Source: Dehalococcoidia bacterium
GTDB lineage: Bacteria; Chloroflexota; Dehalococcoidia; Lucifugimonadales; UBA3495
Assembly: GCA_965243185.1 (NCBI GenBank)
Contig: OZ251531.1
Location: 151,789 to 215,788, forward strand
Reading direction: 5' to 3'
Length of the DNA: 64,000 nt
Shown: piece by piece, positions 8,478 to 17,637 of the stretch
Position numbering within the stretch: the stretch's first letter is position 1
Layout of the letters: each line of letters begins with the position of its first letter
Made by a program: the position numbers and the translations under genes
Notes under the pieces: generated by a model
What the model was told of the DNA's origin: nothing
Databases searched by the model: none
Seen by the model: only the letters and a program-made list of their open reading frames with translations

Positions 8478-9737
8478 ATGCGTATCCTGCATTTTTCCGA
8501 CCTGCACATTGGCGTCGAGAACTATGGCCGCATCGACCCGGCTACCGGCCTTTCCACCCGGCTGGGCGATTTTCTCGATTCTCTGGAGCAAGTCGTCGCG
8601 TTTGCCCTGAACCAAAGGGTGGATTTGGCGCTGCTGGCTGGAGATGTCTATAAAGGCCGCGACCCGTCCCAAACCCACCAGCGGGAGTTTGCCCGCCGCA
8701 TTCACCGCATCTCCGCCGCCGGCATCCCGGTATTCCTGCTGGTCGGCAATCATGACCTGCCCAACTCCGGCAGCCGCGCCAATGCTGTAGAGATTTTCCC
8801 GACCCTGGCCGTGCCAGGCGTCCACATTGGCAGCAGCCTTCAGACTTACACTATCGACACGCCGGCCGGCCCGCTCCAGATTATCGCCGTACCCTGGCCG
8901 CGCCGGGGCGGGCTGCTGTCCCGGGAGGAATCCCGCGGCCTGAACATCGACGAAGTGCGGGCGGAAATGGAACGGCGGATGACTGATGCCATCGCCGCCC
9001 GTATCGACGAACTCGACCCGGCTATTCCCGCCATCCTGACCGGTCATGTCACCATCAACGGCGCGACCGTCGGCACCGAGCGCTCGATGATGCTGGGCAA
9101 TGACCATGTGCTGCTGGCCAGCGCCGTGCATCGCCCGGAACTGGATTATGTTGCCTTGGGGCATATCCATAAACACCAGATAATCCGCCGGGAGCCGCCG
9201 ATGGTGGTTTATTCCGGCAGCTTGCAGCGGGTGGACTTTTCCGAGGAAAGGGATGAAAAGGGTTTCTGTATCGTTGACTTAGACCCGGCGGCGCCCCGGG
9301 GCCAGCGAATGACTGACTTCCGCTTTCAGCCGGTCCAAGCCCGTCCCTTTGTTACTATTGATGTATCGATTATGCCGGGAGACCCGGAACCAACGGAGTC
9401 CGTACTGCGCGCCATTGCCCGCCATAAAATAGCGGACGCCGTGGTCCGGGTCCGGATAAAACTGCCGGCCGAAGCGGAACCCTTGCTCCGGGAGAGTGAA
9501 ATCCGGGAAGCCTTGGCCCCGGCCCATTACATCGCCGCCATCAATCGGGAAGTGGAAAATACCCGCCGCCCCCGCCTTGACGGGAATACGGCAGAAGGCT
9601 TGCAGCCGTTGCAAGTCCTGCGTCTCTACTTGGAAAGCCGGGATACCGAAGCCCAACGGCAGGAAAAAATAATCAACTACGCTGAAAAGCTGATTGCCGC
9701 TGAGGAAACGGCAACAGACGCCCTACCCCTACTCTAA
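8478..9737 (+). CDS. sbcD: Exonuclease SbcCD subunit D (Mre11-like)
   Basis: MRILHFSDLHIG, GDVYKG and GNHD calcineurin-like phosphoesterase motifs. Start set at the ATG at 8478. Confidence 0.85.
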   Translation: MRILHFSDLHIGVENYGRIDPATGLSTRLGDFLDSLEQVVAFALNQRVDLALLAGDVYKGRDPSQTHQREFARRIHRISAAGIPVFLLVGNHDLPNSGSRANAVEIFPTLAVPGVHIGSSLQTYTIDTPAGPLQIIAVPWPRRGGLLSREESRGLNIDEVRAEMERRMTDAIAARIDELDPAIPAILTGHVTINGATVGTERSMMLGNDHVLLASAVHRPELDYVALGHIHKHQIIRREPPMVVYSGSLQRVDFSEERDEKGFCIVDLDPAAPRGQRMTDFRFQPVQARPFVTIDVSIMPGDPEPTESVLRAIARHKIADAVVRVRIKLPAEAEPLLRESEIREALAPAHYIAAINREVENTRRPRLDGNTAEGLQPLQVLRLYLESRDTEAQRQEKIINYAEKLIAAEETATDALPLL

Positions 9738-9753
9738 ATCAGCTGCCGCCGCC

Positions 9754-9782
9754 TTGACACCAGCCTTATCCCTTCGTAAAAT
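9754..9782 (+). promoter_or_regulatory. Near-consensus sigma-70 promoter
   Basis: TTGACA, 17-nt spacer, TAAAAT read directly. Followed by a ~220-nt leader before the TTG start at 10010. Confidence 0.45.
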
Positions 9783-10009
9783 TGTCCCGGCAATCCACCC
9801 GCAAGGGGGGTTAGCCACCGGCAAAGCAATCTATCCTCCAAATCCGGCGGGCCGCTGGGATCCAATGTTGACCGAGACGGCCAAAATTGAAGCGGTTTCC
9901 TTTTTGCGTCAGTCAGTTTAGCTGCGCCGTCTTTTGGCGTGGCTTTCTTTTTGCCGGAATTTGCCCCGGTCAGGTTGACGGCTTACTTCTCTCATGAGGT
10001 ACAGACGGC

Positions 10010-11002
10010 TTGAATAATACCCTCACCTCCATAGCCGGGTTGGAAGTAGGCCACTACACCGACCGGGCCAACGCTACCGGCTGCACCGCCATTCTCTGCC
10101 GTCAAGGCGCAGTGGCCGGCGTAGATGTGCGCGGCGGCTCGCCCGGCACCCGGGAAACCGACCTCCTCCAACCAATGCGCCGGGTTGACCGGGTTCACGC
10201 CATCCTGCTCAGCGGTGGCAGCGCCTTTGGACTGGATGCCGCCGCCGGGGTAGTCCGCTATCTCGAGGAGCAAGGCATCGGCTTGCTAGTCGGCCCGGCT
10301 TTGGTGCCGATAGTATCCGCCGCCATCCTCTTTGACTTGGGATTGATAACCGCCGCCATCCGCCCCGACGCAGCCGCCGGCTACACTGCCGCCGCAGCCG
10401 CCGGGCTACAGCCGGTAGCCGAGGGCAGCGTCGGCGCCGGCACTGGCGCCACCGTCGGCAAAATCTTGGGCTTGTCCCGGGCGGTAAAGGCCGGTATCGG
10501 TTCCGCCGCCATCACCCTACCCAGCGGCATCACCGTCGCCGCCCTGGTTGCCGTCAACGCCTACGGAGACATCGTTGACCATAGCACCGGGCAAATTATC
10601 GCCGGCCCCCGGCGGGAATCCGGGGCGGGCTTGATCAGCGCAATGGATTGGCTGACCGGCAAAATACCTCTGGATTTCCACCATCCCGAAGCTGACGACA
10701 GCCCCTTGACCAACACCACTATTGGCGTAGTTGCCACCGACGCCGGGCTGACCAAAGAGGAAGCCAACTTCCTGGCCCGGGTCAGCCACGACGGGTTGGC
10801 TTTAACTGTTCGACCTTGCCACACCCTGCGGGACGGAGACACGCTGTTTGCCTTGTCCACCGGAACCGCCACCGCCCCGGTTGACCTTACCGCCTTGGGC
10901 GCGGCGGCCGTGGCAGTTACCGCCCAAGCCGTACTGCGCGCCGCCGCCACGGCTACCGGCTTGGGCGGCATCCCGGCTGTCAACGAGTTGTCCAATGAAT
11001 AG
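10010..11002 (+). CDS. Peptidase family S58/P1 (DmpA/BapA-like aminopeptidase)
   Basis: 330-aa ORF with pattern GLEVGHYTD...TGCTAIL...GGSPGTRETDLL and Gly/Ala-rich repeats typical of the family. TTG start. Confidence 0.8.
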   Translation: MNNTLTSIAGLEVGHYTDRANATGCTAILCRQGAVAGVDVRGGSPGTRETDLLQPMRRVDRVHAILLSGGSAFGLDAAAGVVRYLEEQGIGLLVGPALVPIVSAAILFDLGLITAAIRPDAAAGYTAAAAAGLQPVAEGSVGAGTGATVGKILGLSRAVKAGIGSAAITLPSGITVAALVAVNAYGDIVDHSTGQIIAGPRRESGAGLISAMDWLTGKIPLDFHHPEADDSPLTNTTIGVVATDAGLTKEEANFLARVSHDGLALTVRPCHTLRDGDTLFALSTGTATAPVDLTALGAAAVAVTAQAVLRAAATATGLGGIPAVNELSNE

Positions 11003-11897
11003 CGCAGAACCCCGCATCGGCTTTATCGGCATTGGCGCGCTGGGCAGCGGCTTGGCTATGGCTTTAGCCCAACAGGGATACCCGGTGACTGCCGTACACA
11101 GCCGCCGCTCCCATTCCGCCATCCAACTGGCCGGCCGCCTTGCCGTCTGCCAAGCCGTTATGTCTCCCCAAGCCGTAGCCGACGCCGTTGACATCGTATT
11201 TATCACCACTCCCGACTCGGCTATTGCCGCCGTAGCCACTGCCATAAAATGGCGTCCCGGCCAAGGCGTTGTCCATTGCTGCGGCGCCGCCGGCCTAGAT
11301 TTGCTGGCGGTCGCCACCGCGCAAGGGGCCACTGCCGGGGCCTTTCATCCTTTCCAAACCTTTGCCGCCTTGAGCGACCCGGCCGCCGCCTTGGCCCGGT
11401 TATCCGGCGTCGTCTTTGCCGTATCCGCCGCCGGTTGGCTGCAAGAGTATCTCGATAATCTGGCCCGGCAGTTGGGCGGCCGGCCGGTACAGATAGCGGA
11501 CGCTGACCGCCCCTTGTACCATGCGGCGGCGGTGCTGGGCTGCGGTTATTTGGCAACTGTGCTGCAAGCGGCGGTGGCGCTTTGGCAAGCGGCCGGTTTC
11601 AGCCCGGAGCAGGCTATCGACGCCTTGCTACCCCTATCCCGGGCTACTCTGGAAAACCTAGCAACCTTGGGCTTGCCCGCCGCCTTGACCGGGCCGGCAG
11701 TGCGCGGCGACGCCGCCACGGTGCAAGACCACCTGCAAGCCATTGCTGACCGCCGGCCCGAACTGACCGACCTTTACCTGACCCTGACCGCAACATCCTT
11801 GAATCTGGCCGCCGCCGGGGAAAATTCCCAGCCATCGGAAAATATCCGCTCCCTGCTGCGCCAATACGACGGGAGGTTGAACCCATGCCCCGAGTAA
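10995..11897 (+). CDS. Rossmann-fold oxidoreductase, DUF2520-type (candidate ketopantoate reductase)
   Basis: N-terminal [17 protein letters not shown] dinucleotide fold. The ATG at 10995 overlaps the S58 gene stop (ATGAATAG), and the 3-prime end overlaps panB by 13 nt. The functional call is an inference. Confidence 0.65.
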   Translation: MNSAEPRIGFIGIGALGSGLAMALAQQGYPVTAVHSRRSHSAIQLAGRLAVCQAVMSPQAVADAVDIVFITTPDSAIAAVATAIKWRPGQGVVHCCGAAGLDLLAVATAQGATAGAFHPFQTFAALSDPAAALARLSGVVFAVSAAGWLQEYLDNLARQLGGRPVQIADADRPLYHAAAVLGCGYLATVLQAAVALWQAAGFSPEQAIDALLPLSRATLENLATLGLPAALTGPAVRGDAATVQDHLQAIADRRPELTDLYLTLTATSLNLAAAGENSQPSENIRSLLRQYDGRLNPCPE

Positions 11898-12724
11898 CCG
11901 TCCGGGATCTTGCCGCAATGAAGCGGCGGGGCGAAAAAATCCCGATGCTTACCGCCTACGACTACACTACCGCTATCCTGGCTGACGCCGCCGGCATCCC
12001 TTTGCTGCTGGTGGGCGACAGCTTGGGTATGGTCGTGCTGGGCTACGATTCCACCGTGCCGGTAACCTTGAATGACATTATTCATCACACCCGAGCCGTA
12101 GCCCGGGGCAGCAAGAACGCCTTGATTGTTGCCGACTTGCCCTTTATGACCTACCAGATTGCTCCGGCCCAAGCTTTAAGCAACGCCGCCCGCCTGCTCC
12201 AGGAAGGCGGCGCCCATACCGTCAAACTCGAGGGCGGGGAGAATGTTGCCCCCATCGTGCGGCGCATTGTGGACTGCGATATTCCGGTGATGGGGCATAT
12301 CGGCGTAACCCCCCAGTCGGTCAACGCCCAGGGCGGCTACCGGGTGCGGGGGCGCAACCGGCCCGAAGCGGCGCAGTTGCTGAAAGACGCCCTGGCATTG
12401 GAAGCGGCCGGGGCCTATGCGGTAGTGCTGGAATTGACTCCGGCGCCCCTGGCTCGGCTCATCTCCCAACAGCTCACTATCCCCACCATTGGCATCGGTG
12501 CCGGCGCCGGCTGCGACGGACAGGTACAGGTGCTGCACGATATGCTGGGGCTGTTCACCGACTTTGTCCCCCGACATGCCAAGCAGTACGCCAACCTGGC
12601 CCCGGTCATTACCGAAGCCTTTGCCCGATACGCCGCTGAAGTTCGCGCCGGGACTTTCCCCACCGACCGGGAAAGTTTCGCTATGGACGAGTCCCTGCTG
12701 ACCGGGCTGGAAAGCTCCGATTAG
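11885..12724 (+). CDS. panB: 3-methyl-2-oxobutanoate hydroxymethyltransferase
   Basis: Hallmarks seen: [37 protein letters not shown]. Confidence 0.95.
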   Translation: MPRVTVRDLAAMKRRGEKIPMLTAYDYTTAILADAAGIPLLLVGDSLGMVVLGYDSTVPVTLNDIIHHTRAVARGSKNALIVADLPFMTYQIAPAQALSNAARLLQEGGAHTVKLEGGENVAPIVRRIVDCDIPVMGHIGVTPQSVNAQGGYRVRGRNRPEAAQLLKDALALEAAGAYAVVLELTPAPLARLISQQLTIPTIGIGAGAGCDGQVQVLHDMLGLFTDFVPRHAKQYANLAPVITEAFARYAAEVRAGTFPTDRESFAMDESLLTGLESSD

Positions 12725-12760
12725 CCCGGGGTTGTTTCCTGAACCCCAGGACAATCCACA

Positions 12761-12803
12761 AAAGCAAAGACGCCGGGTTGCCCCGGCGTCCTATGTTTCT
12801 TTT
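12761..12803. terminator. Bidirectional intrinsic terminator
   Basis: GACGCCGGG-TTGC-CCCGGCGTC stem, with T-rich runs on both strands. Sits between convergent panB and the 12845..13732 gene. Confidence 0.7.
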
Positions 12804-12844
12804 GTTTCTTTAACCGGCCACTGATGGCCCGGAGTGTAGTCAGA

Positions 12845-13732
12845 CTACTGGGATTTGGGCCGCCGACTTTCAATCTGGTCAACGATGAGCTGGAGTTCGT
12901 TCAAGGAGTTCTCGACTACCGCCGGATTTTCCTGCCGGATGGCGATGCCCTCCTGGTTCGACAAGCCGGTCAGGTCTATCGACATATCGGCCCGGATTTT
13001 GCCATCGGGGTTAGTCAGCTCCAGGTTTTGTTGAGACAGGGAAATCCGGGTTTGGGAAGTGAACATCCCCGGTTCGTAGGCATTGGCGTTGTAGAACTGC
13101 CGGGAAACCAGCGTTCCCAACTCCCGGTCAAAAGTTACGCTCCGCTCCAGGGCATTGGGATAATAAACCGTTACCTCGGCGTTGTCGATGACCTCCGTCG
13201 GCGTATAGTCCGTTATGAGCGCCGTGCGGCTCAGCGTGCAGCCGGCGGGGTCAAAGAGGGCAAAGAAAAAGGTAGTGGTTCGGGTACCCGTGTCCAGTTG
13301 CAGGCTGTACCAGGAAAGCACATCCGCATTCAGCAGCCTCAAATCCACGAAACCCTCGGCTACCACTTCGCCGAAGTCGGCCCGCGGCGGCTCCGCTTCG
13401 CAGCCGGTCTGCGCCATTGCTTCATTCGGGGCTGTGGTCGCCGCCGGCAACGGAGTAGGCGGCGGCTGGGTAGCTACCGGCGGCGCATTGCCCGAATTGG
13501 GGCTGCCGCCGGCCACCGGGGATTGAGCCGGTTGGACCGAGTTGCTCGGCTCTTGAGCCTGACTCGGGGAGTCTTGCACCAACAGCAAATATGCCACGGC
13601 CGCGCCGACAACCAGAATGGCGACTAACACCAAGATCAAAAGGATAGGCGAGCTGCCACCGCCTCCCCGATACTCCGGAGCTCTCGAGACTCTCAATTTT
13701 CCCTCCAATGGTTTGGTCAGGTAGCGGCTCAA
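12845..13732 (-). CDS. Membrane-anchored protein: one N-terminal TM helix, Pro/Thr/Gln linker, unknown extracytoplasmic domain
   Basis: TM segment PILLILVLVAILVVGAAVAYLLLV followed by a P/T/Q-rich linker. No recognisable family. Lies 53 nt downstream of the tubulin-like gene. Confidence 0.6.
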   Translation of the reverse strand: MSRYLTKPLEGKLRVSRAPEYRGGGGSSPILLILVLVAILVVGAAVAYLLLVQDSPSQAQEPSNSVQPAQSPVAGGSPNSGNAPPVATQPPPTPLPAATTAPNEAMAQTGCEAEPPRADFGEVVAEGFVDLRLLNADVLSWYSLQLDTGTRTTTFFFALFDPAGCTLSRTALITDYTPTEVIDNAEVTVYYPNALERSVTFDRELGTLVSRQFYNANAYEPGMFTSQTRISLSQQNLELTNPDGKIRADMSIDLTGLSNQEGIAIRQENPAVVENSLNELQLIVDQIESRRPKSQ

Positions 13733-13785
13733 GGCACAACCCTGAGCCGGAACTCAACGAAATGCAGTCGCTGCGGCCGACCGGG

Positions 13786-15054
13786 CTACAGGTTGGGCAA
13801 CATCTCCGACAGCTTGGAAATATCCTCCCAGCGTTTGCCGCGGCCTTCCCGCCGGTGTTGGGAACTGGTCATCATATTAGCCGCTTCCCGGTAAAACCAC
13901 TCAATCCGGTCCATCGCCTTGCCTTCGCCCAGGTTGGCGACGATAGCGGTAACGCTGATGGTATCGGAGATGCGGCCGGGATAGGTCCCTTTCCGCCGCC
14001 CGGCTCCCGGCACCAGTTCGGCAAAGGTATTGTCCATCATCTCCACGATTTCCTCGGTGGCTTCGTTGGCCGGGCCGCTGAACAGCCCCAGCACGTGCTG
14101 AGCGTCATAGAGCGACTTGCCGTCCTCAATATACTCGCAGTCCAGGGAAAGCTCGGACAGGGCTTGACTGACCACCGTTTGCGCCCGCTCAATCTGCGCC
14201 TTGGAAACGGAAAAATGCTGGTTGGCCCGGTCACTGCCGCCGCGTAGCCGCCCGAACCAGGACGACTTGACCCGCCGCACTTCCGGAATGGCCGCGTGGC
14301 TGACCCCGATAACCGAAGGCCCTTTGAGGATGCGGATGACATCGTTGGCGTCCAACACTTCCCCGATAAAGCGCCGGTCCGTTTCCTCCCCGACGCAGAG
14401 GATGTCCATAAAGGAGTCGGCAATTTTCCGGTTGATGGTGTTGTAGTTCAACCCCATCGAATCCTGCTTGCGGGCGAACTTCTGATTATCCACCAGAAAC
14501 ACCGCGTCGGCTTTGGAGTTCTCCAGCACCTTTTTCAGGCAGGTCGCAGTGTTGATGACGCTGTCCGGTTCGTCATACTGGTTCTCAAACGGCAGCACCA
14601 GCATCGCGTAAACCGGCTTCTTGAACTCCTCTTTCAGCAGATCAACGATGACCCCGACCGAGCCGGAACCGGTGCCGCCGGCAGTGGTGGCGATGACCAG
14701 AATGGCATCGGCGGAATACACATCCCCGTGGTCGCGGATGGTCGAGGCAATCTTGCGGGAATCCCGCCGGGCCTGTTCCGCCCCGTCGGCGTTGACCTTA
14801 CCCGCGCCCCGGCCCCGGAACTCGTCCGTCGAACCCAGCAGGATGGTGTGGTCGTCAGTCTGCGGTATATGCTCCAGCCCGTACAGGTCGCCGGCGCCCA
14901 GGTTGACGGCAAAAACGCCCCGGCAAATCGGGTCGCTGTCCGAACCGGTGAAAATCCGCACCCGCCGGTTGGCCCAGACCCAATGCCCCAGAGCGACAAA
15001 CTCGTCGGCTATGTTCGACCCGCCCTGGCCGGTTCCTACGACAACCAGTTTCAT
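13786..15054 (-). CDS. Tubulin/FtsZ-superfamily GTPase (CetZ-like layout)
   Basis: GTGQGGSN (T1), ATTAGGTGSGS (tubulin signature), FLVDNQ and LDANDV (T7-like) seen. AAGGAG Shine-Dalgarno 7 nt upstream of the ATG. Confidence 0.8.
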   Translation of the reverse strand: MKLVVVGTGQGGSNIADEFVALGHWVWANRRVRIFTGSDSDPICRGVFAVNLGAGDLYGLEHIPQTDDHTILLGSTDEFRGRGAGKVNADGAEQARRDSRKIASTIRDHGDVYSADAILVIATTAGGTGSGSVGVIVDLLKEEFKKPVYAMLVLPFENQYDEPDSVINTATCLKKVLENSKADAVFLVDNQKFARKQDSMGLNYNTINRKIADSFMDILCVGEETDRRFIGEVLDANDVIRILKGPSVIGVSHAAIPEVRRVKSSWFGRLRGGSDRANQHFSVSKAQIERAQTVVSQALSELSLDCEYIEDGKSLYDAQHVLGLFSGPANEATEEIVEMMDNTFAELVPGAGRRKGTYPGRISDTISVTAIVANLGEGKAMDRIEWFYREAANMMTSSQHRREGRGKRWEDISKLSEMLPNL

Positions 15055-15179
15055 ACCCTAACTCCTTATGGCAAAGGTATCAAAGTCGGGTATCGGCTTC
15101 CCTTCCGCCCAACTTTAACTGCTTTCAATACTTTGCGCTCAATGGACTGGCAACCCACAAGTTGCCCCTTCCCGTCTTG

Positions 15180-15208
15180 CCCATTGTAACACATCCCATT
15201 GTAACACA
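15180..15208 (-). promoter_or_regulatory. Tandemly duplicated extended -10 element upstream of the tubulin-like gene
   Basis: Plus strand has CCCATTGTAACACA twice (15180-15193 and 15195-15208), which is TGTGTTACAATGGG x2 on the coding strand (TGnTACAAT). Located in an AT-rich gap that also carries two GCAATTGC palindromes. Confidence 0.45.
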
Positions 15209-15365
15209 AGCAACCAAATGCAAGCAATTTGAGGCAATTGCATAAGCTCGAACAAAATTATAATGCAATTGCCCTGGTTTCCTTGTTGTATATCCTGGGG
15301 CTGGTGGTCTTTTACTTGGCCTATCGGCTGACCGCATGACCCGCCCACCCCACCCCATTCCATTC

Positions 15366-17588
15366 CTATTCCCCCCGCCCCTTTTGCCGCCGCCAAATGC
15401 GCGCCAACCGCAGCTCGTCATAAGTAAATTGGCCGGCCAGGTATTCCCACGCCGGGTTAAGGAAATCGTCGCCGCAGGCGTCAAAGGCGGCGTTGATTTG
15501 GTCGAACCGTTCCGCAGCCGGCAGCAAGTGGGCTAAATCCAGAGTTTCCCCCTGCATCGTCAGCCGCTCCAGATGCCCCAAGATAGTCTGCTCCGCCAAG
15601 TTGCGCCGGCGGGCGATTTCGGATAGGGAAAGTTTTTGTTCCAGCAGAGCGCGGGTGGCGGCGTAGGTATTGCTTCGCCGGGGTTCCAAGGTCGGTTGCC
15701 GGCCTTCCCGTTCCCGGCCGCTGCGATTCGCCGCCGCCGCCAGCGGCCGCGCCGCCGTGCGGTCGGCAATGCCCCGGGCCGCCGCATACTGGCGGATGGC
15801 GGCCACAAAGCGCGGGCCGTACTGCTCCAACTTGGCCGCCCCTACGCCGGGGATTTGGGCAAAGCTGTCCAGACTTTGCGGAAAGAGGGCCGCCATCTGG
15901 CGCAGGGATACATCGCCGAAAACCACATACGCCGGCACATCCTGCTCCTCCGCCAACTGACGGCGCAGGTTCCGCAGTTCCGCAAACAGAGCCGTATCAT
16001 ATTCCGCGGCGGCCGCCGCCTTGCCGGCCAATGGCGCAGTAGCGGCTTCCGTCTCCGGCCGGGGACGGGGCAGCGTCAGCTTTTGCCGTTCCTGGAGAAA
16101 CCGCCGCCCCTTATCGGTTACGCCCAGAGTAGGAAACTCCCCTTCATTGCGCGCCAGCAAACCCCGGGCCTGCAACTGTCCCATCAATTCCCGCAGTTCC
16201 GACCGTCCGAAATCCCGGACGACGCCGTACACGCTCAACTGGTTATGCCCCAACTCCAGAACCCGCTTTTCCTGGCTGCCGGTCAGCACTTGGGCAATGT
16301 GCAGCGTACCGAAACGCTGGCCGGTGCGGATGACGGCGGAGAGTATCTTTTGGGCTATTTCGGTAGCGTCAAACTCCTCGGACGCGGCCAGGCAGACATC
16401 GCAGCCGCCGCAGTTGTCCGTCGTCCAGTGTTCCCCGAAATACTCCAAAATGTAGCGGCGGCGGCAAGCCGGCAACTCGGCAAACTGCACCATCTGCGCC
16501 AGTTTCAACCGGGCGTTGCGCTGCTCGGCGGTATCCTCCATCTGGTTGATGAAATAGTCCTGCTTGGCTTTGTCGGCGTAGTTGTAGAACAGGACGCACT
16601 GGCTGGGCAAGCCATCCCGCCCGGCCCGGCCGGTTTCCTGATAGTAGCCTTCCAGCGACTTGGGCAGGCTGTAGTGAACCACCAGGCGAATATCCGGCTT
16701 GTCAATGCCCATCCCGAAAGCAATCGTAGCAACGATAATCGGTACCCGGTCGCGGATAAAATCCTCTTGATTTTGCCGGCGGGAATCAGCGTTTAGTCCG
16801 GCGTGGTAAGGGCGGGCCGACAAGCCCCGGGCGTTCAAGTCATCAGCCAGTTCCTCGGTGTCCCGCCGGGAAAAGCAGTAAATGATAGTTGACTGCTGTC
16901 GCTGTTCCTGCAACAGGGTGAGCAGTGCGCCCCAGGAGTTGCCTTTGGGCATTACGGCGTAGCTGAGATTGTCCCGGTTAAAGCTGGACAGGAAAACCCG
17001 CCCCGGCTGCAAATCCAGTTGGCTGCTGATGTCGGCCCGCACCCGTTCCGTAGCGGTGGCGGTGAGGGCAATGACCGGCGTTTGGGGAAAGTCCCGCCGC
17101 AAGGCCCGCAGATTGCGGTAATCCGGGCGAAACTCATGCCCCCATTCGGAAATGCAGTGGGCTTCGTCAATGGCAATGAGGCTCAACTCCAGATGTTCCA
17201 GAAAGTTGCGGAAACCGGGCAAAGCCAAGCGTTCCGGGGCCACATAGAGGATTTTGACTTCGCCCCGGGCCGTGGCGGCCTGCACCTGGTCAACTTCCGA
17301 AATGGGCAAAGAGCTGTTGATAAACCGGGCGGCGATGCCGTTGGCGTTCAGGGCATCCACCTGGTCTTTCATCAGGGCAATCAAGGGGGAAACCACCAGA
17401 GTAATGCCGGGGAAAAGCAGGGCCGGCAGCTGATAGCACAGGGATTTGCCGCCGCCGGTCGGCATCAACACCAGGCTATCCCCGCCCGCCAGGGTATGGC
17501 CGATAATCTCCTCCTGCAAAGGTCGAAAAGCGGCATACCCAAAATGGGATTTAAGCAAATCCAGCGGGGCGTCAGGGGCGGCGTTCAT
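15366..17588 (-). CDS. recQ: ATP-dependent DNA helicase RecQ with HRDC and C-terminal HTH extension
   Basis: FRPLQEEII, MPTGGGKSLCYQLPA, DEAHCISEWGHEFRPDY and the Zn-binding CRRR...CGGCDVC seen. Start set at the ATG at 17588. Confidence 0.92.
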   Translation of the reverse strand: MNAAPDAPLDLLKSHFGYAAFRPLQEEIIGHTLAGGDSLVLMPTGGGKSLCYQLPALLFPGITLVVSPLIALMKDQVDALNANGIAARFINSSLPISEVDQVQAATARGEVKILYVAPERLALPGFRNFLEHLELSLIAIDEAHCISEWGHEFRPDYRNLRALRRDFPQTPVIALTATATERVRADISSQLDLQPGRVFLSSFNRDNLSYAVMPKGNSWGALLTLLQEQRQQSTIIYCFSRRDTEELADDLNARGLSARPYHAGLNADSRRQNQEDFIRDRVPIIVATIAFGMGIDKPDIRLVVHYSLPKSLEGYYQETGRAGRDGLPSQCVLFYNYADKAKQDYFINQMEDTAEQRNARLKLAQMVQFAELPACRRRYILEYFGEHWTTDNCGGCDVCLAASEEFDATEIAQKILSAVIRTGQRFGTLHIAQVLTGSQEKRVLELGHNQLSVYGVVRDFGRSELRELMGQLQARGLLARNEGEFPTLGVTDKGRRFLQERQKLTLPRPRPETEAATAPLAGKAAAAAEYDTALFAELRNLRRQLAEEQDVPAYVVFGDVSLRQMAALFPQSLDSFAQIPGVGAAKLEQYGPRFVAAIRQYAAARGIADRTAARPLAAAANRSGREREGRQPTLEPRRSNTYAATRALLEQKLSLSEIARRRNLAEQTILGHLERLTMQGETLDLAHLLPAAERFDQINAAFDACGDDFLNPAWEYLAGQFTYDELRLARIWRRQKGRGE

Positions 17589-17637
17589 TGGGGGCAAGAC
17601 CTTTGGGAAAGGTTGAGTTTGGCGGCATAGCCTAAGA

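Noticed and set aside
8478-9737. sbcD without an adjacent sbcC.
   Set aside because: This is unusual, but sbcC may be encoded elsewhere in the genome. It cannot be evaluated from one window, so it is not promoted to a finding.
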